From the human T2T-CHM13v2.0 reference genome, Homo sapiens, in NCBI RefSeq assembly GCF_009914755.1, contig NC_060929.1: a DNA stretch of 64,000 bases. The stretch is one strand, 5' to 3'. The notes beneath the pieces were generated by a model. That model did no database searches. It was not told where the DNA came from and saw nothing but the letters and a program-made list of their open reading frames with translations. Position numbers and translations under genes: made by a program. Positions within the stretch are counted from its first letter, which is position 1. Each line of letters starts with the position of its first letter. Positions 35,199 through 51,624 of this stretch are shown piece by piece.

Positions 35199-36572
35199 TT
35201 AATATTTTTGGCTGCTTTAATGAGTATGAGTAGCTGTTCCATAAGCAGATACTATGTCACATAGGGTAGATTTCAAGCCACTGCTTTAGAAGATGGTATG
35301 CTTGAATTGATTGTACACCTGAGGACTGAAGTTGAAACCACCAGCTAGAAGTGAATGCTTTTTGCTTTGTCATGGGCCAGTGGACTTTGCCTGGGAATCT
35401 CCCCTGAGCTGAGGCCAGCAAAGGTTGCACTCTGAAAGAGTATGAAAGGGTGGCGATATGTCTCATTGGTGAACCAGGTAATGGAAAATGCCTCTCCTCA
35501 TCCTGCACAAGAATGCCAAACATCAGCCACAGTGCTCCCTTTTCTTTTGTACCAGTGTGGTTTATAGAAACTGGACAGTATCAGTGGACATTTTCTCTGG
35601 GCTTTTAAGGGGAACACATTGTATCTTGAGGCATTTCATCTGCAGAACCTGTACTTAGAACAAAGAAAAACTTCTGCGTGCTCGGTAAACAAAAGATGCC
35701 CAGTTTCCCTTCCCCATATTGCCAGCTGCCATGACACACAGTTTGGCCTCAGCCCACTCAACCACAGGTGAATTTGACCACAACCATACACCCTCGCAAC
35801 CTACCAACTACAGTGACCTAGAGATAGCACTTTCTAAATGTAAAATGTCATTAATATGAGTGTTTATTGTCTAGCAATAAAGTTATGCCTATCATCAAAG
35901 TATCCAGGATCCAGAGGGAATGGAATAGGGCAGTAATTTTGAATCTGGTTGTGATAAAAGCCCAAAGCTAGACAGGCAAGAGGAGCGTAAGTGGCATGGC
36001 TTTAGCCTGCGTACTCTCAGGGTCTTATCTGCTGTCAGCCAGGTAGGAGCCTGTGGCTTTAATTCTACCTCCCCAACTTCCCACCTCACCCCCAGAACTA
36101 AACTGCCATCGGTCTCATATACCCTCCTCTGTCCCCAGTGACTGAAGTCACCTCCAACCAGGCTGTGACTACCAGCCTTCCTTTTTCCCTTCATGATTTT
36201 TCCAAGTGAAGGGACTAAATGAAAATATAAAGCAAGTCTTGTGATTTTTCTGAGGCTACATAAACTACCTGCCTCATTCCAGTGAGCTCTGCAGGGGTGT
36301 AACCTCCATTTTAACAAGGTTATGATATACTAACCCTCACCCCATCACCCCACAATTCTCTTCTCTCACCATGGACTAAATATTTTTCTTTGTTCCCCCA
36401 AAGGAAGCTTACTCCGTAAAGATTTCTGAAAAAAAAAAAATTTTTTTTAAAGGAAAATGTGCCAGGGCAGAGATGGAGGAGGTGGTAGGGCAGGCTGGGA
36501 GGGTGGGGTAGGGAGGTCCACAGGCCTCCCTGTTCACATCACACAGAACGTCCCTTAGAAAAACCCTCTAGA

Positions 36573-37018
<446 letters not shown>

Positions 37019-37388
37019 TCATCCCTTCTCTCATGCAAAGTAAGTTAGTTCCTGGGCCTGCAGAGACAAGATGACTTTATGGTTCATAAACAAGAGCTCT
37101 CCCAGCTACCAGGAGCCCCACTAGTGGAAACATTTTAAATACCTGATCATTTTCCTGGGTTTAAAATTTTTTTTGTTTCGGTTACCTGCACAAACTCATC
37201 CAGACAAATTGTACATGGCCTCCCTGGAGGTCCCCCTTGCCAAGCTGAGCCCACAACTTTGATGGTGGCAGCTTCTCGCTATGCCACACTGATTTCTGAA
37301 ATGAGCTCGAGTCCACAAGTGGACCCCCACTGACCCCCCAGGTAATACACCCCTCAGTTCAGATTCAAAGCTTTTGGGGACCCCACTC

Positions 37389-38244
37389 ACGGGTGGCTTC
37401 TAGGTACGCAGCCTTCGTGGCAGCACAGGCCGCATGGCTAGAATGCTCCTGCCTGTGGTTTAATCCTCTGCTGTTGCCATCTTTAATTTTTAATTTTTAT
37501 GGGTACATAGTAATTATATATATTTATGGGGTATGTGAGATATTTTGATACAGGCATACAATGCATAATAATTACAACAGGGTAAATGGGGTATCCATCA
37601 CCTCAAGCATTTATCATTTCTTTATGTTATGAACATTCCAATTATACTCTTTGTTATTTTTAAATGTACTATAAATTATTGTTGACTATAGTCACCCTGT
37701 TGTGCTATGAAATACTAGATCTTATTCATTCTATTTAACTATATTTATGCACCATTAACCTTCCCCCCTTTCCCTCCCCTATCCACTACCCTCCTCGGCC
37801 TCTGGTAACCATCATTCTATTCTCTATCTCCATGAATTCAATTATTTTGGTTTTTAGCCCCCACAAATGAGTGAGAGCATGCAAAGTTTGTCTTTGTGTG
37901 CCTGGCTTATTTCACTTAACATAATGACTTCCAGTTCCATCCATGTTGTTGCAAATGACAGGATCTCATTCTTTTTTATGGCTGAATAGTACTCCATTGT
38001 GTATATATGCCACATTTTCTTTATCCATTCATCTGTTGATGGACACTTAGGTTGCTTCCAAACCTTGGCTATTGTGAATGGTACTACAGTAAACATAGGA
38101 GTGCAGATATCTCTTTGATACACTGATTTCCTTTCTTTGGGGTATATACCTACTGCTGTTGCCATCTTGAAATTCTTAAGAATTTTGAACAATTGGCCCT
38201 ATATTTTCAGTGCACTTGGCCCTGCAATTATGTAGCCAGTCCTG
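37389..38244 (+). mobile_element. MER91A-like hAT element split by an L1MA insertion
   Basis: tggtttaatcctctgctgttgccatctt | gaaattcttaagaattttgaacaa...gcaattatgtagccagtcctg reconstitutes recalled MER91A. Confidence 0.65.
37484..38152 (-). mobile_element. 5'-truncated L1MA (MA2-MA4-like) 3' end
   Basis: ORF2 C-terminal frame GIYPKERKSVYQRDICTPMF...WKQPKCPSTDEWIKKMW plus 3'UTR; perfect 16-bp TSD ctgctgttgccatctt at 37468-37483 and 38153-38168. Confidence 0.93.
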
Positions 38245-38875
38245 TCCACATATGGCCATCCTAGAAAATCTCTCTTCCTTCAAAGCAGTTTCTCCACAGC
38301 TCCCCACCAGCCTTAACCTCTAGGCCCATCTGCCTTGGCCAGCTGGGCCCCACTCACTGTAGGGTGCTGGGCCTGTACAGATGGTGGGGACTTTTTCTCT
38401 AACAAAGCCACAGAAACTAGGGTCCCTGAGGGGGAGGTGAGGGGAAGGAGGCAGGGAGGCTTGAGAGAGGTGTCCCTGCAGTTATCCATCTGACAACATG
38501 CCAGTTCCAGAGATTCCCCCAGTAGAGAGAATTCCTTTCCAACTGTTCTGAAAATAAGAATATTCCTGAGAGGGCCAGCCCCCGCCACAGGATTGGTCTC
38601 CACCCTGCTGTGAACACGTCTGTAAGCTGTTGTAAGCTGACTGGTAGCGGAGATCCTGGTACAGTAGGAAGTCTGAAGGAAGGAGAAGGATATTTTGGCA
38701 CTTGGAGGAGAGGAAATTCAGGAAGGAGAAATCTGGCTGAGGGGCGACAGAGTGGGCAGTAAGACAGGGGAGAGAGAATAGAGGGGACTGCAGGGGGAGA
38801 TGCTGGAGAAGTGTTTCTTCTACTTCACAATTTTGCTGGACTCTGAAGACAAAAGCCTTGATGGGTAAAAGGGCC

Positions 38876-39313
38876 TGTATTAGCTTCCTGTGGCTTCCAT
38901 AACAAATTACTGCAAACTGGGTGGCTTAAAGCAATAGTAATGTATTCCTACAGCAAGAAGTCTAAAGCGCACACAGTGTCAGCAAGGTGGGTCCCTTCTG
39001 GAGGCTCTGAAGGACAGCATCTTCCAAGCCTCTTCCCTGGCTTGTGGAGGCTGCCTGCCTGGCCAGCTTTACTGTTCCTCGGGTTGCTGACACCCACTGC
39101 AATCTCTGCCTCCTGTGTGTCTCTGAGTGTCAAATCTCCCACTCCTTTATTTTATAAGGACACCAGTCATTGGATTTAGAGCCCACTCTAAATGCAGAAT
39201 GATCTCATCTCGAGAACCTTATCTTAGTAATATCTGCAAAGACCCTATTTCCAAATAAGGTCATATTCACAGGTATTGGGCATATATTCTTGAGAACCTA
39301 AGTCAACCCACTA
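38876..39313 (-). mobile_element. MLT1 (B/C-like) MaLR LTR
   Basis: tgtattagcttcctgtggct...aaactgggtggcttaaa...tataaggacaccagtcattggatttag...ccaaataaggtcatattc. Confidence 0.85.
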
Positions 39314-40044
39314 TGGGGTCTTTAGATTTTCAGTTTCCATTTGCCTTTTATTCAAGCTTTACTTGAACTGTTGAGCTTTGGATTTCCACTTGATAGAAAT
39401 ACTGAAATCCTGAGACCTTTTATTAATGAATAATAGCAAAACCTCTGCAAATTCGAGGCAGTTTAAAATCATGTCCTTCGAGAGACTCTGCAGGATCTCC
39501 TAGCATCCCAGGAGAATGGGAGGGAACAATAGCAACATGCCTTTGATCTCTTCAGTAGGAAAGTTTCAACAGGAGCCAAGGCCTGTGCTTTAATATTGTT
39601 GTGCATTAGTCAGAACATAGATATGTGAGTGTTTACAATCTTGAGACATAAGTGGAAAAGTAACAAGAATGTGGCTCTAAGAGATACTCACCAAAATAAC
39701 TTGTTTGTTGAAAAATAGGGAAAAATCTAACACAATATTGGTGAATAAAACTTCTAATGAGTGAACCCCATTCATACTCCTTTCCCATGCTTTTAGGGAA
39801 ACATAAATTATATAGAAATAGTACTACAGATGAACAAATGGAAGTTATGTATGATTTCTAATAATTAAAGAAAGGTTCCGTTATCTTGGGAGATTTGGCA
39901 TTAAATCTAAATTATTAATATAGGAAGATAACCATATTAAAAGTTAGGGGTTTTTTTCATCATTAATCTCCACCAATTTAAGTTATTTCTCTTCAAGTAT
40001 CATCATGGCTCAGATCAAGCCTCCAGAGTATTCTGCAGATTTGA

Positions 40045-40419
<375 letters not shown>

Positions 40420-41410
40420 GTTTCATTTCCCTTTTTTTATGTTCAGAAAAATCTGAAACACCCAGTGAGCTCGCTCATCCTAATCACATTTCATGACCAG
40501 TAATACCACCATGCAATTAACTTAATAAATGGTTTTCATTTAAAAAGTAGAAAGAATAGTTAACAAAATTATAAAAATGAATAAAGGGAAGTCGCCCTAC
40601 CGGACAATACATCTCACAGCTACAATTCTTACAATATTGTAGCACTATCACATAAAGACCCACATACATGAATGAAATGGAATTACAAACGTTGACTTCA
40701 GTAATTTATATAATAAAGGCAACATTTCAAATCAACTAGATAGCCATCAAGAAAAAGGATATTTGCACCCCTACCTCATATCTTAGAGTAAAATTAATAC
40801 TGAATACAGCAAAGGTAAAGATGTAAAAAAACGAACACATATATATACGTGCATGTGTTCATGCGTGCACACATGCACACACAGAGTGGAAGAAAACATG
40901 GGGAAAATTTTATAATTTCAGAGTGAGAGAGGCCTTTTCAAGTATGACAAAAATCCAGAAGACTAAAAGAAAAGAGAAATTTAACTACACAAAAATAACT
41001 TTTTTGCATGGAAAAACCATCATAAGCAAAGTCGAAAGGTAGATAATAAATGGGAAAAAATGTTTATAGCTCACATCACAAACAAAAGACTAATTTCCTT
41101 TCTCTCTTCCTCTGTCTCTGCACACACATACACACAACCACCTACACACTTTTCTTACAGAGAAAGATCTAAAAACCAATAGAAAAATGGGCAGAGGCTA
41201 TGGAGACAATTTGCTAAAGAGGAAGCAAACACTGAAAAGATGTTCACCTCGTTCATAGATTTTCATATGTGTAATATGATTTGAAAGTACAATTCAATTA
41301 CATTTCAAAAAGAAGTTTGTTTTCAAAAACAAACAAAATGCCATGTTTAACTCATCAGATTGGAAAGGCGAAAAGACCTTGAGCATATATCCAGTTTGCT
41401 CTTTATAACA

Positions 41411-42041
41411 ATGTGACTGACACTATTCCCACCAAGATGGAGTTCCCTCCCTTTGTGTCCCCTCTCCTTACACCTGGGTGGGCTTGTTAACTCTCCCCAC
41501 TGGATGGATCGTGGAAGGGATACTATGTGACATCCAAACACGTCTTTTTATAAGGATGCCTCCTTCGATCACTTGCCCCAGGCATCTTTCTTGCCTTCCC
41601 CTAGCCCTGGACATGCTTCTAAAGTCTAGACCATAAAAAGGATCTAGCTTCCACCTGGCACTCTTTCTGTCTTCCAGGTACTCTCTGGAGCCCTGGGCTC
41701 CCATGTAAGATGTTTGGCTACCCTGACGTCACCAAGTTGAAGAAACCATGTGGAGAGACCACAAAGAAATAGAAATAGAAAGAGATACCTGAGTGGTCCC
41801 AGTGATTCCATCACTGAGAGTTTTGGCCTGTGCACCAGAGGTGTAAGTCCTGTACCAGATATGTGAGGAAATCTTCAAAGTTACCCATCTGAAAAGCAAC
41901 CTCCTCTGAGACCCCAAACCAGAACAGTCCAGCCAAGCCGCCCCTGCATCTGGAAACTGTGAGAGATGAGAAATAACGATTGTTGTTTGAAGTCACTAAG
42001 TTTTGGGGTGATTTGTTAGGCACCAATAGGTAACTAATGCA
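41411..42041 (+). mobile_element. Old MLT1 (F/G/H-like) MaLR LTR
   Basis: ccatgtaagatgtttggctaccctg...gaaactgtgagagatgagaaat...gtcactaagttttggggtgatttgtta...taactaatgca. Confidence 0.75.
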
Positions 42042-42120
42042 CATACCCATATAACTTGCTGCTGGTAGAGTAAAGTGCTACATCCTCCTTGAAGATTAGT
42101 GATTTATTAACATCTAATCA

Positions 42121-42393
<273 letters not shown>

Positions 42394-42898
42394 TCAATAG
42401 AGATTATTGGAAACAACCTAAATATGGGCCCGTTTTAGCAAATTTTCATTCCACAGATTATTGTGCCATCTAAAAGAGAATGAAGCTATTCTTTGTATGT
42501 TTATATAAAAATAAATCTCCAACTTTAATGCAAAACAACAAAAAAGTAAGGTGCAAGGCAGTGTGTATAGCACAGTCGCAATTGCAAAAGAGAAGAAAGA
42601 AAAAAATATTTGTCCATAATTGCATGAATATGCATAGATTATCTTAGCAGTTACACAATGAAATTTCTACATCCATTGCCTGGGGAAGAGAACAGAAGAC
42701 TAAGAGATCAGAGTGGGAGGGCAGAGTTTCACTGTGTGCTTTTAGTACCTCTTAATTTTATGCCAGGTGAATATATTATCTAATCAGAAATAAATAAATC
42801 AGATTTACTTAAAAAATAAATTTCTATCAATTGTTTCCACTTTTACTTAACACTGGACTTTTAGATATTAGGGCTGGATCGTCAATCTGAGGTACATG

Positions 42899-43641
42899 TC
42901 ATGCAGACAGGGAAATAATAGGAAGAGGGCAGTTCCCTGGCAAAGCCCCACCCTCAAGCCTGAAAACCCACAGCCCTCAATGAGAATAGGCATTCCTGTT
43001 TTCATGCCCCAAAAGTTGCCTTTTGGCCTGCCATGCCCCTATCTTGTACCCATATAAACCCTGAACCCCAGGCTCTGGGGGAGATGAGCAGACAAACAGC
43101 AGAACGCATGGCAGAGCAAGAGAGAAGAGAAGGAGCATCTGAATGCTGAGAGGAGTTTGGCTAGGGATGATCACAAAACAGATTGGCCACTGAACAGCCA
43201 AACTCCAGGGGAAGATCATCTTCCCACTCCATCCCCCTTTTAGCTCCCCATCCATCCCACTGAGAGCTACCTCCACCACTCAGTAAAATCCCCGCATTCA
43301 CTCTTCAAGTCCGTGTGTGACCTGATTCTTCCTGGATGACAGACTAGACCTGGGTGCCAAGAGGGTCCACTGAGCTGTCTAACACTTAAGCCATTTGTGG
43401 ACAGCAAGGTTAAAAGAGCGCATTATAACACACGCCCACTTGCGCTTCAGGAGTCACAGACACCCACCCCTACCTAGATGCTGCTGTGGGGCCAGAGCCC
43501 AAATGTGCTCACCCTGGTTCCTGCACCTGCCTGTCTGCATGCTCCCCCTCCTGCAAGGGGTTTGAGCTCATGGAGGCTGAACAGAAAGCCACACCCCTGT
43601 CACACTTCCTGCAAGGAGGGCCAGGGAACTCTCCTGTCTCA
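42899..43641 (+). mobile_element. LTR1-family (HUERS-P2, ERV1) solo LTR
   Basis: cagggaaata...gaagagggcagttccctggcaaagccccaccctcaagcctg...catataaacc...agtaaaatccccgcattcac...gggaactctcctgtctca; possible 4-bp TSD catg/cata. Confidence 0.8.
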
Positions 43642-44179
43642 CATACAGTCCTGAGGATTCAGGAAGATTTTTCCCCAGGGTGTATACACATGGGCTAGGA
43701 GGTTAAAGGAATTGGCTTCTAGATGCAGAATGTCTATAAAACTCATTAGTCTGGGAAAGCACCTTGCTGGTTCTTCCTCCTTTTCCCTCTCAGCCTTTCT
43801 TCTCTCACTTGACGGAAGACAAGAGTACCTCTCACCTGTCCTGCATTTTATTCTGATGCATTGCTCCAGGCCAGGAAGAATTTTGGGAAGCCAAATAAAG
43901 AAACAATTCAAACAATTCAACATTTGTTTGTTATTTTGCTTTAAGATTACTTTGGAGATTTATTTTCATCTCATCATACAAAGAATAGCCTCTTTCTATT
44001 TGGATGGCACATTTCAAAATGTTGGCATTGATCTTGAGAAAGTGAACAACGTGAAAGATTGGGAAATACATCTTTTTGCAGATCAGATTCTTGCAAAAGT
44101 AGTTTGTAGGCTTTTGTTTTCAATAAAATTAAAAGAGGACCCATTGAATTATCAGCTGGAAGAACATTAAAATTATTAT

Positions 44180-44433
<254 letters not shown>

Positions 44434-44439
44434 TAAATT

Positions 44440-44757
<318 letters not shown>

Positions 44758-44911
44758 AAAAATTATTTTTGATGATAGATCACACAGATCATTTTTTATA
44801 TATAACTGAGGACTTCAGAGAAATGAGTGATTTTACTCTGACAAAACTCCTTTCATGGACCTCTGCTTATTTATATGAACAATGTTCCTCTGCATTAACA
44901 TTTTTAAAAAC

Positions 44912-45203
44912 AGCCAGGCACAGTGGCTCAGGCCCATAATCCCAGCACTTTGGGAGGCCAAGGCAGGCAGATGGCCTAAGCTAAGGAGTTCGAGACCAGC
45001 CTGGGCAACATGGTGAAACCCCATCTCTACAAAAAAATACAAAAAAATTAGCTGGACATGGTTGTGCGTGCCTGTAGTCAAAGCTACTTTGGAGGCTTAG
45101 GTGGAAGGATCACTTGAGCCTGGGAAGTAGAGGTTGCAGTGAGCTGAGATCACGCCACTGCACTCCAGAGGCAACCCTGTCTCAAAAACAAACAAGAAAA
45201 AAA
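44912..45203 (+). mobile_element. AluJ/S-like element
   Basis: Alu dimer. Confidence 0.92.
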
Positions 45204-45757
45204 CCACCACAGCATCATTTTTTAAAGACAGAAAAGTGGAATAAAATTGATGTAATAAATTATACTCATTCACATATAACTGAATTTGTTTAAAGACCCA
45301 AACAGCCCTATTGATTTTACTGAGATACATTTCTAATAAAATTTTAATATTTAATGATTACAGTTGGTCAAAACAATTATACTCCATCTAAACTTTTTAT
45401 TACCCTTACTTAGAACTTTCCAGTCCCAGGAAATATTTTAAATTTCAATTTGTTTATATACTTTTGCTGCATGAAAGAAGGATAGAGTGACTTTTCAAAA
45501 AGACTTTCAAGTATTCAGAATGTTATATTGGGGTAATATTCTTTTGGTGAAATAGAATAAAATGAGTTAAAAGTGAAAGAGTAACCATGTAAAATTTCCA
45601 GGTGTTAAAGAATAATTTATTGATATATTTTTAAAATTATGATGGTGGCTATAAAATGGCTATAGTATTTGGATACATTTTAAAGAATGATGTAAGAAGG
45701 TTTTTAAAAGGTTCATATTTATTATGTATTGGAAGTTGTATCTTTTGTTAAAGAGAC

Positions 45758-45758
<1 letters not shown>

Positions 45759-45801
<43 letters not shown>

Positions 45802-46068
45802 TGACAGTCTCACTCTATTGCCCAGGCTGGAGTGCAGTGGCGCCGTCCTGGCTCACTGCAACCTTCAAGCATTTCTCATGTCTCAGCCTCCTTAGTAGCT
45901 GTGACCACAGGCCCGCACCACCATGCCCAGCTAATTTTTTGTATTTTTAGTAAAGATGGGGTTTCACCATGTTGGCCAGGCTGGTCTCCAACACCTGGGT
46001 TCAAGTAATGTGCCCTCCTTGGCCTCCTAAAGTGCTGGGATTACAGGCGTGAACCACTGCACCCAGCC
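45759..46068 (-). mobile_element. AluS element with (TTTA)n tail and small deletion
   Basis: Reverse dimer; TSD aaga(g/a)acatt. Confidence 0.93.
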
Positions 46069-47879
46069 TGAAGAAACATTTTAAATAACGTAAACTGCAA
46101 AGGGAAGAAGTAGTTTTTCAAATTATTTTAAGCAATACACAAATAATTTGAAATATTGCCTTAGAGACCATCTGGTTCACCTCTCTTTGTGAATGAAAAA
46201 CTTCTGTAAGTAACTTTCTTAAGGTCACCAAGTAACAAAAGGGACCAGACCCCAGTCTCCTGCCTCCTGCCCAGTCAGGCAGGTCTAACACTGGCAATCT
46301 TCCTAGTAAGGGTAAGTCCTCTATGGTCCTGGGCAGAAACAAGTGAGTGACAAAGAGCAAAGGGAATAGAGCCCAGATAGGAGTGTTTGGCACTCTGCCA
46401 CCCCCTCAGGAATGTGAATGTAGGTAAAACACAAGCAACAAAATGCTGTCTTCCCCACATCCTCGTGGGGTTGCACAACCTTTTGATGCCTTCCTAAGAC
46501 CACCCTTCATTTTCTTTCCCATCTTTTTCATCTCTGATTTCCATGACTCTCCTGCCCTCACGTGCTCATCGGGCACCTCTCTGGAGAAGCAGCCTTATTC
46601 CTGGCCCGAGCCCAGCAGGCAGAAGAATGAGGCTGGAGAAAGGTCAACACCTGGCACCTCCTTAGCTTTGTCTTGGCAGCTCCACTTTTAAGCTTTTCCT
46701 TTTTTCACCCCTACACCTGCTTTCCAGCTTTGCTCAAACTCATTCAGCTACAGGTGGGGTTACCCAATAATGTATCCTCTATACTTGCATGCATTTGAAA
46801 GATACAGAGGGGGTGTTGTGCTATTCCTAATTATGCCAGAAAAACAAGTAGAATCCAGGACCGTCCTGGGCTATAGGGCTCTTAGTGAGGAAGGAAGGGC
46901 AAAGCTGCTCAAAATGTTGGATTAGGAGTGGGGAATGTCAGAGCAGCAGATAAACCAGTGAGATCTGTCTGAAAATGAGTGATGAGACTCAGTTGAGGAG
47001 AGAGATGCATAGACAATGTCTGGTGTCTTGTTTTTGTCTAACACTCTGGGGAGAGCCAGTATCACTGTGGGCAAAATCAGCAGCAATCTACTTGATGTGA
47101 TATGAGGAGTACAGAAAAATCCAGAAATTATACATATATATTTCTGGTGACTTCTGCAATGCCTGATATAGTCCCTAAATTAAAATTATTGCTTAGGCCT
47201 TCTGGAAATTACTTCATTTTACCTGGGAGATATAACTTGGTGGGCACACCACAAATCCATCCTTCTTTACCTTGTAGAGAAGTGTCACGAAAACATGGGC
47301 TACACGGATAGGTAAGTTTTGGAGTGGGAACTAGAGATGACATAGGAGAAAATTCTGAACAGAAGGTACTGGACCACGTTTATTGGGAGGAGGGGCACCT
47401 TCACACATGCAACCCACTTAGTCCTTCCATAACCACATGGATGAGCACAGCCTTTCCTGCTTTACCCACTGTGCAATGCCAGGAGGGCCTGTTGCCTCGT
47501 AAAGTGTCTTTGAAAAGATCATTACAGGAGACAGATTGTGCTAGAATAAAAAAGAATAACCCTTTGTATTCATGTAGTTCTCCATGTTGATAAAAGCTTT
47601 CACTCGCATTCCTTCATCCAGATGTGGTAAGAGCCCCATGAAACGCGCTGGAGGTGTCACTGACCCATTTACAATGAACACAGCTGAGGCCCATGCTCCA
47701 GGTGTTCTGACTTCAGGTTTGGTGACTCGGTGTTTTTTCTATAGGCCAAAACCTCTATGCAGTTTATGAGAGATCAATCCTGACAAATTGCCCTTGGCCT
47801 TATAGGGAGGATTATTGGATCCCTCCAGTCACGCATGTTGAGAAAATATTCATTGACAACTAGATTCACATATAACCTT

Positions 47880-48340
47880 TACTGAAGTCTCTAAGTTCCT
47901 TAAAACCGAATGATTTGCCCACCTTTCCAGCCTCTTCTCTGTTTTTTCCTGTTCTATCCTCTAGTGTGGTCTCTTTTGTGGTCCTGGCCTATACCAAATC
48001 ATTTTCCACTGGTTGTTTTCTCTGCCTGGACCTGCTTTCCCCTAGATCTTTATATGGCTGGCTTATTCTCATCCCTCAGGATAAGATTAAATTCTTTAGA
48101 CCCCCCCTTCCCCCTCTTATATAAAGTGACCTCCCTGGTTACTGTCTAATACATCATCCTGCTTATTTCCTTGATAAACACAGCACAACCTGTAATTGTC
48201 TTATTTACTTATTATATACTTTTATCATGTCTTCTCACTAGAACATGAGTCCCATGAGGCAAGGACCAAGTCTCACTTTTCACTGCTCTATTCCCAGTGA
48301 CCAGTACTCAATAAATATTGTTTTATGAATAAAATGAACA
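47880..48340 (+). mobile_element. L2 LINE 3' fragment
   Basis: cactagaacatgagtcccatgaggcaaggacc...cactgctctattcccagtg...actcaataaatattg...atgaa. Confidence 0.75.
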
Positions 48341-49222
48341 AGCAACTGCAACTGGGAATATTTGCTCTGTGTCTGTGGCCAGCTAACATTTCTATCAGGG
48401 ATAGTTTTGCTATAATTCCAAGCAGAGTTTATTCTGGAAGCTACAGTCAGTCAATCATTTGCTTACCTAAGTAGAGGCACCCAGTGTGATGGAAAGAAAC
48501 CATCATCTATTTGAAAGAATCATCAGCATGTCTCAGGAAAGGGAGCATCAAGATCATATTGGGTCAACTTATTAGGTCCAAATCCTCCAATCTATATAAA
48601 TAAAGTGCTTGATTTTTTAAAGGGAAAATCTCATACACTTTCATCAAATTTTAATCGTACTATTATGAGGAAGCATAGCATGTAGAATGGTTTAATTGGA
48701 AAAGATATCAAGCACAAAACACTCTTGAACCTGTTTTGGCAAGATGCTGAACTCAGCAATTATTCACCCCTAGAAGGTTCCAGAGGTTCCAGCATATGTT
48801 AATCCAAGAACAATTTTATTGGACTCTGTTCATCTTAGACTGTAGATACTGTAGCCTGTTTTACTTTTATTTAAAAATCTACTTTTATTGCTGTCTTAGG
48901 ACCAGGATGTTGGATTCTTTAAGTGGAAATTCCCTGGGGTTCTGGCATAAGCTAGTGATCAGAAGGAAGGGAGCTAAAAAGTCTATGGGAAGGCAAAGGA
49001 AAAAAATCTTAGAAACAAAGAAGAGAAAAGAATTTGAAGAGTTTTTGAAGGGCAAAATCATTTTCAGACTTCCCCTAAAACAATAAAGGCCAATTCTAAA
49101 TGTATGTGGTTCTACATTTATATTTTTACTCTATAAGAATATATCCAAATTAAATAAAAAATTACAAAGTGTGACTATAATTTTGGCAGTTTTCTTCCTA
49201 GACTGTAAGATAGGAAAACAAG

Positions 49223-49547
<325 letters not shown>

Positions 49548-49806
49548 TAATACTCTAATATTGGTATAAAAGCTGAGCAAATTTTCCCAGAAATGAGATA
49601 CACATTTTAACTACAATGATGTAATGAAGACCTGTAATTAAGTAGACTCCATACTGTTATTAAAAAAAAAAAAACCAAAACTGAGATTCTAGTAATGATA
49701 GACTAGACAATTTAAACCAATCCACTCACTGAGAGCAGCTAGAATAATGAGATACAATACAAAAATACCTGCTTGAAGGTATCCGAGAGCTAAAAAGACA
49801 ACAAAG

Positions 49807-50143
<337 letters not shown>

Positions 50144-50348
50144 AGGAGAGAAAAAAAGAATGTAGACCAAATCAGAGAAATAATAAGGTACTTTATAAAA
50201 TAAGATTACAAACCCAAATATAGCAGTAATTGCATGTAATACAATAAGGCAATGAAAAGCCAAATATCTTCAAACTGGTACCAAAAACCAATTTGATGTT
50301 CATTAAAATTCTATCTGTGAATATAGACATGTTAAAAGTGAAAAGGTG

Positions 50349-50440
50349 GGCTGGGCATGGTGGGTCACACTTGTAATCCCAGCACTTTGGAAGGCTGAAG
50401 CAGAGGGATCCCTTGAGGCCACCAGTTCAAGACCAGCAAG
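50349..50440 (+). mobile_element. Partial Alu left arm
   Basis: ggctgggcatggtgg...cccagcactttgg...agttcaagaccagc. Confidence 0.8.
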
Positions 50441-50711
50441 ATATTATTTGTAAAATAATAATACTTTTTTAAAGTAAAGAGATGGACTTAAAATACATTT
50501 TAAATATCAATGAAAACAAAGTGGGTATAGCCTTATTTCTATCAGTTACTAGTAAACCATATCTCCAAAAACATACACTTAATGATAAAATATACGTCTT
50601 ATTAGGAAGATATCACAATTCTAAATTTGTATCCACCTAAAAATCTAATCTTCAAAATAATATAAGGCAAAAACTAACAGAACTAAACAGGAAAATAGAC
50701 AAAAATATTAA

Positions 50712-51009
<298 letters not shown>

Positions 51010-51305
51010 AGCGGGAATTTTTTAAAAAACATATTTTGTAACTGAGAACAAGCAGATAAAAATTGGTAAGAACACAGAACACTTTAGCAACAAGTGCCAA
51101 ATAACTTGAGAGATAAGATGGAGCATTCAACAACTACAGTGCATATATTTGTAAAGCATATATATAGAAAAATTGATCACATACTGTGTCATAAAGCAAG
51201 TTGAAACAAATTTCCAAGGATTGAAGTTATATAGCATATGAAAAGAATTGCACACCGCAGATGAAAAGAAATCAGTACCAAAAAACCCTAGAAAACCTTC
51301 ACATC

Positions 51306-51624
<319 letters not shown>

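Noticed and set aside
35895-36317. 140-aa minus-strand ORF
   Set aside because: Non-ATG start, no recognisable homology or exon structure.
43712-44170. 152-aa non-Alu ORF as a novel gene
   Set aside because: It starts at TTG, shows no recognisable domain, and has an AT-rich composition typical of chance frames. The upstream LTR1 makes a quick RNA-seq check reasonable, but there is no positive evidence.
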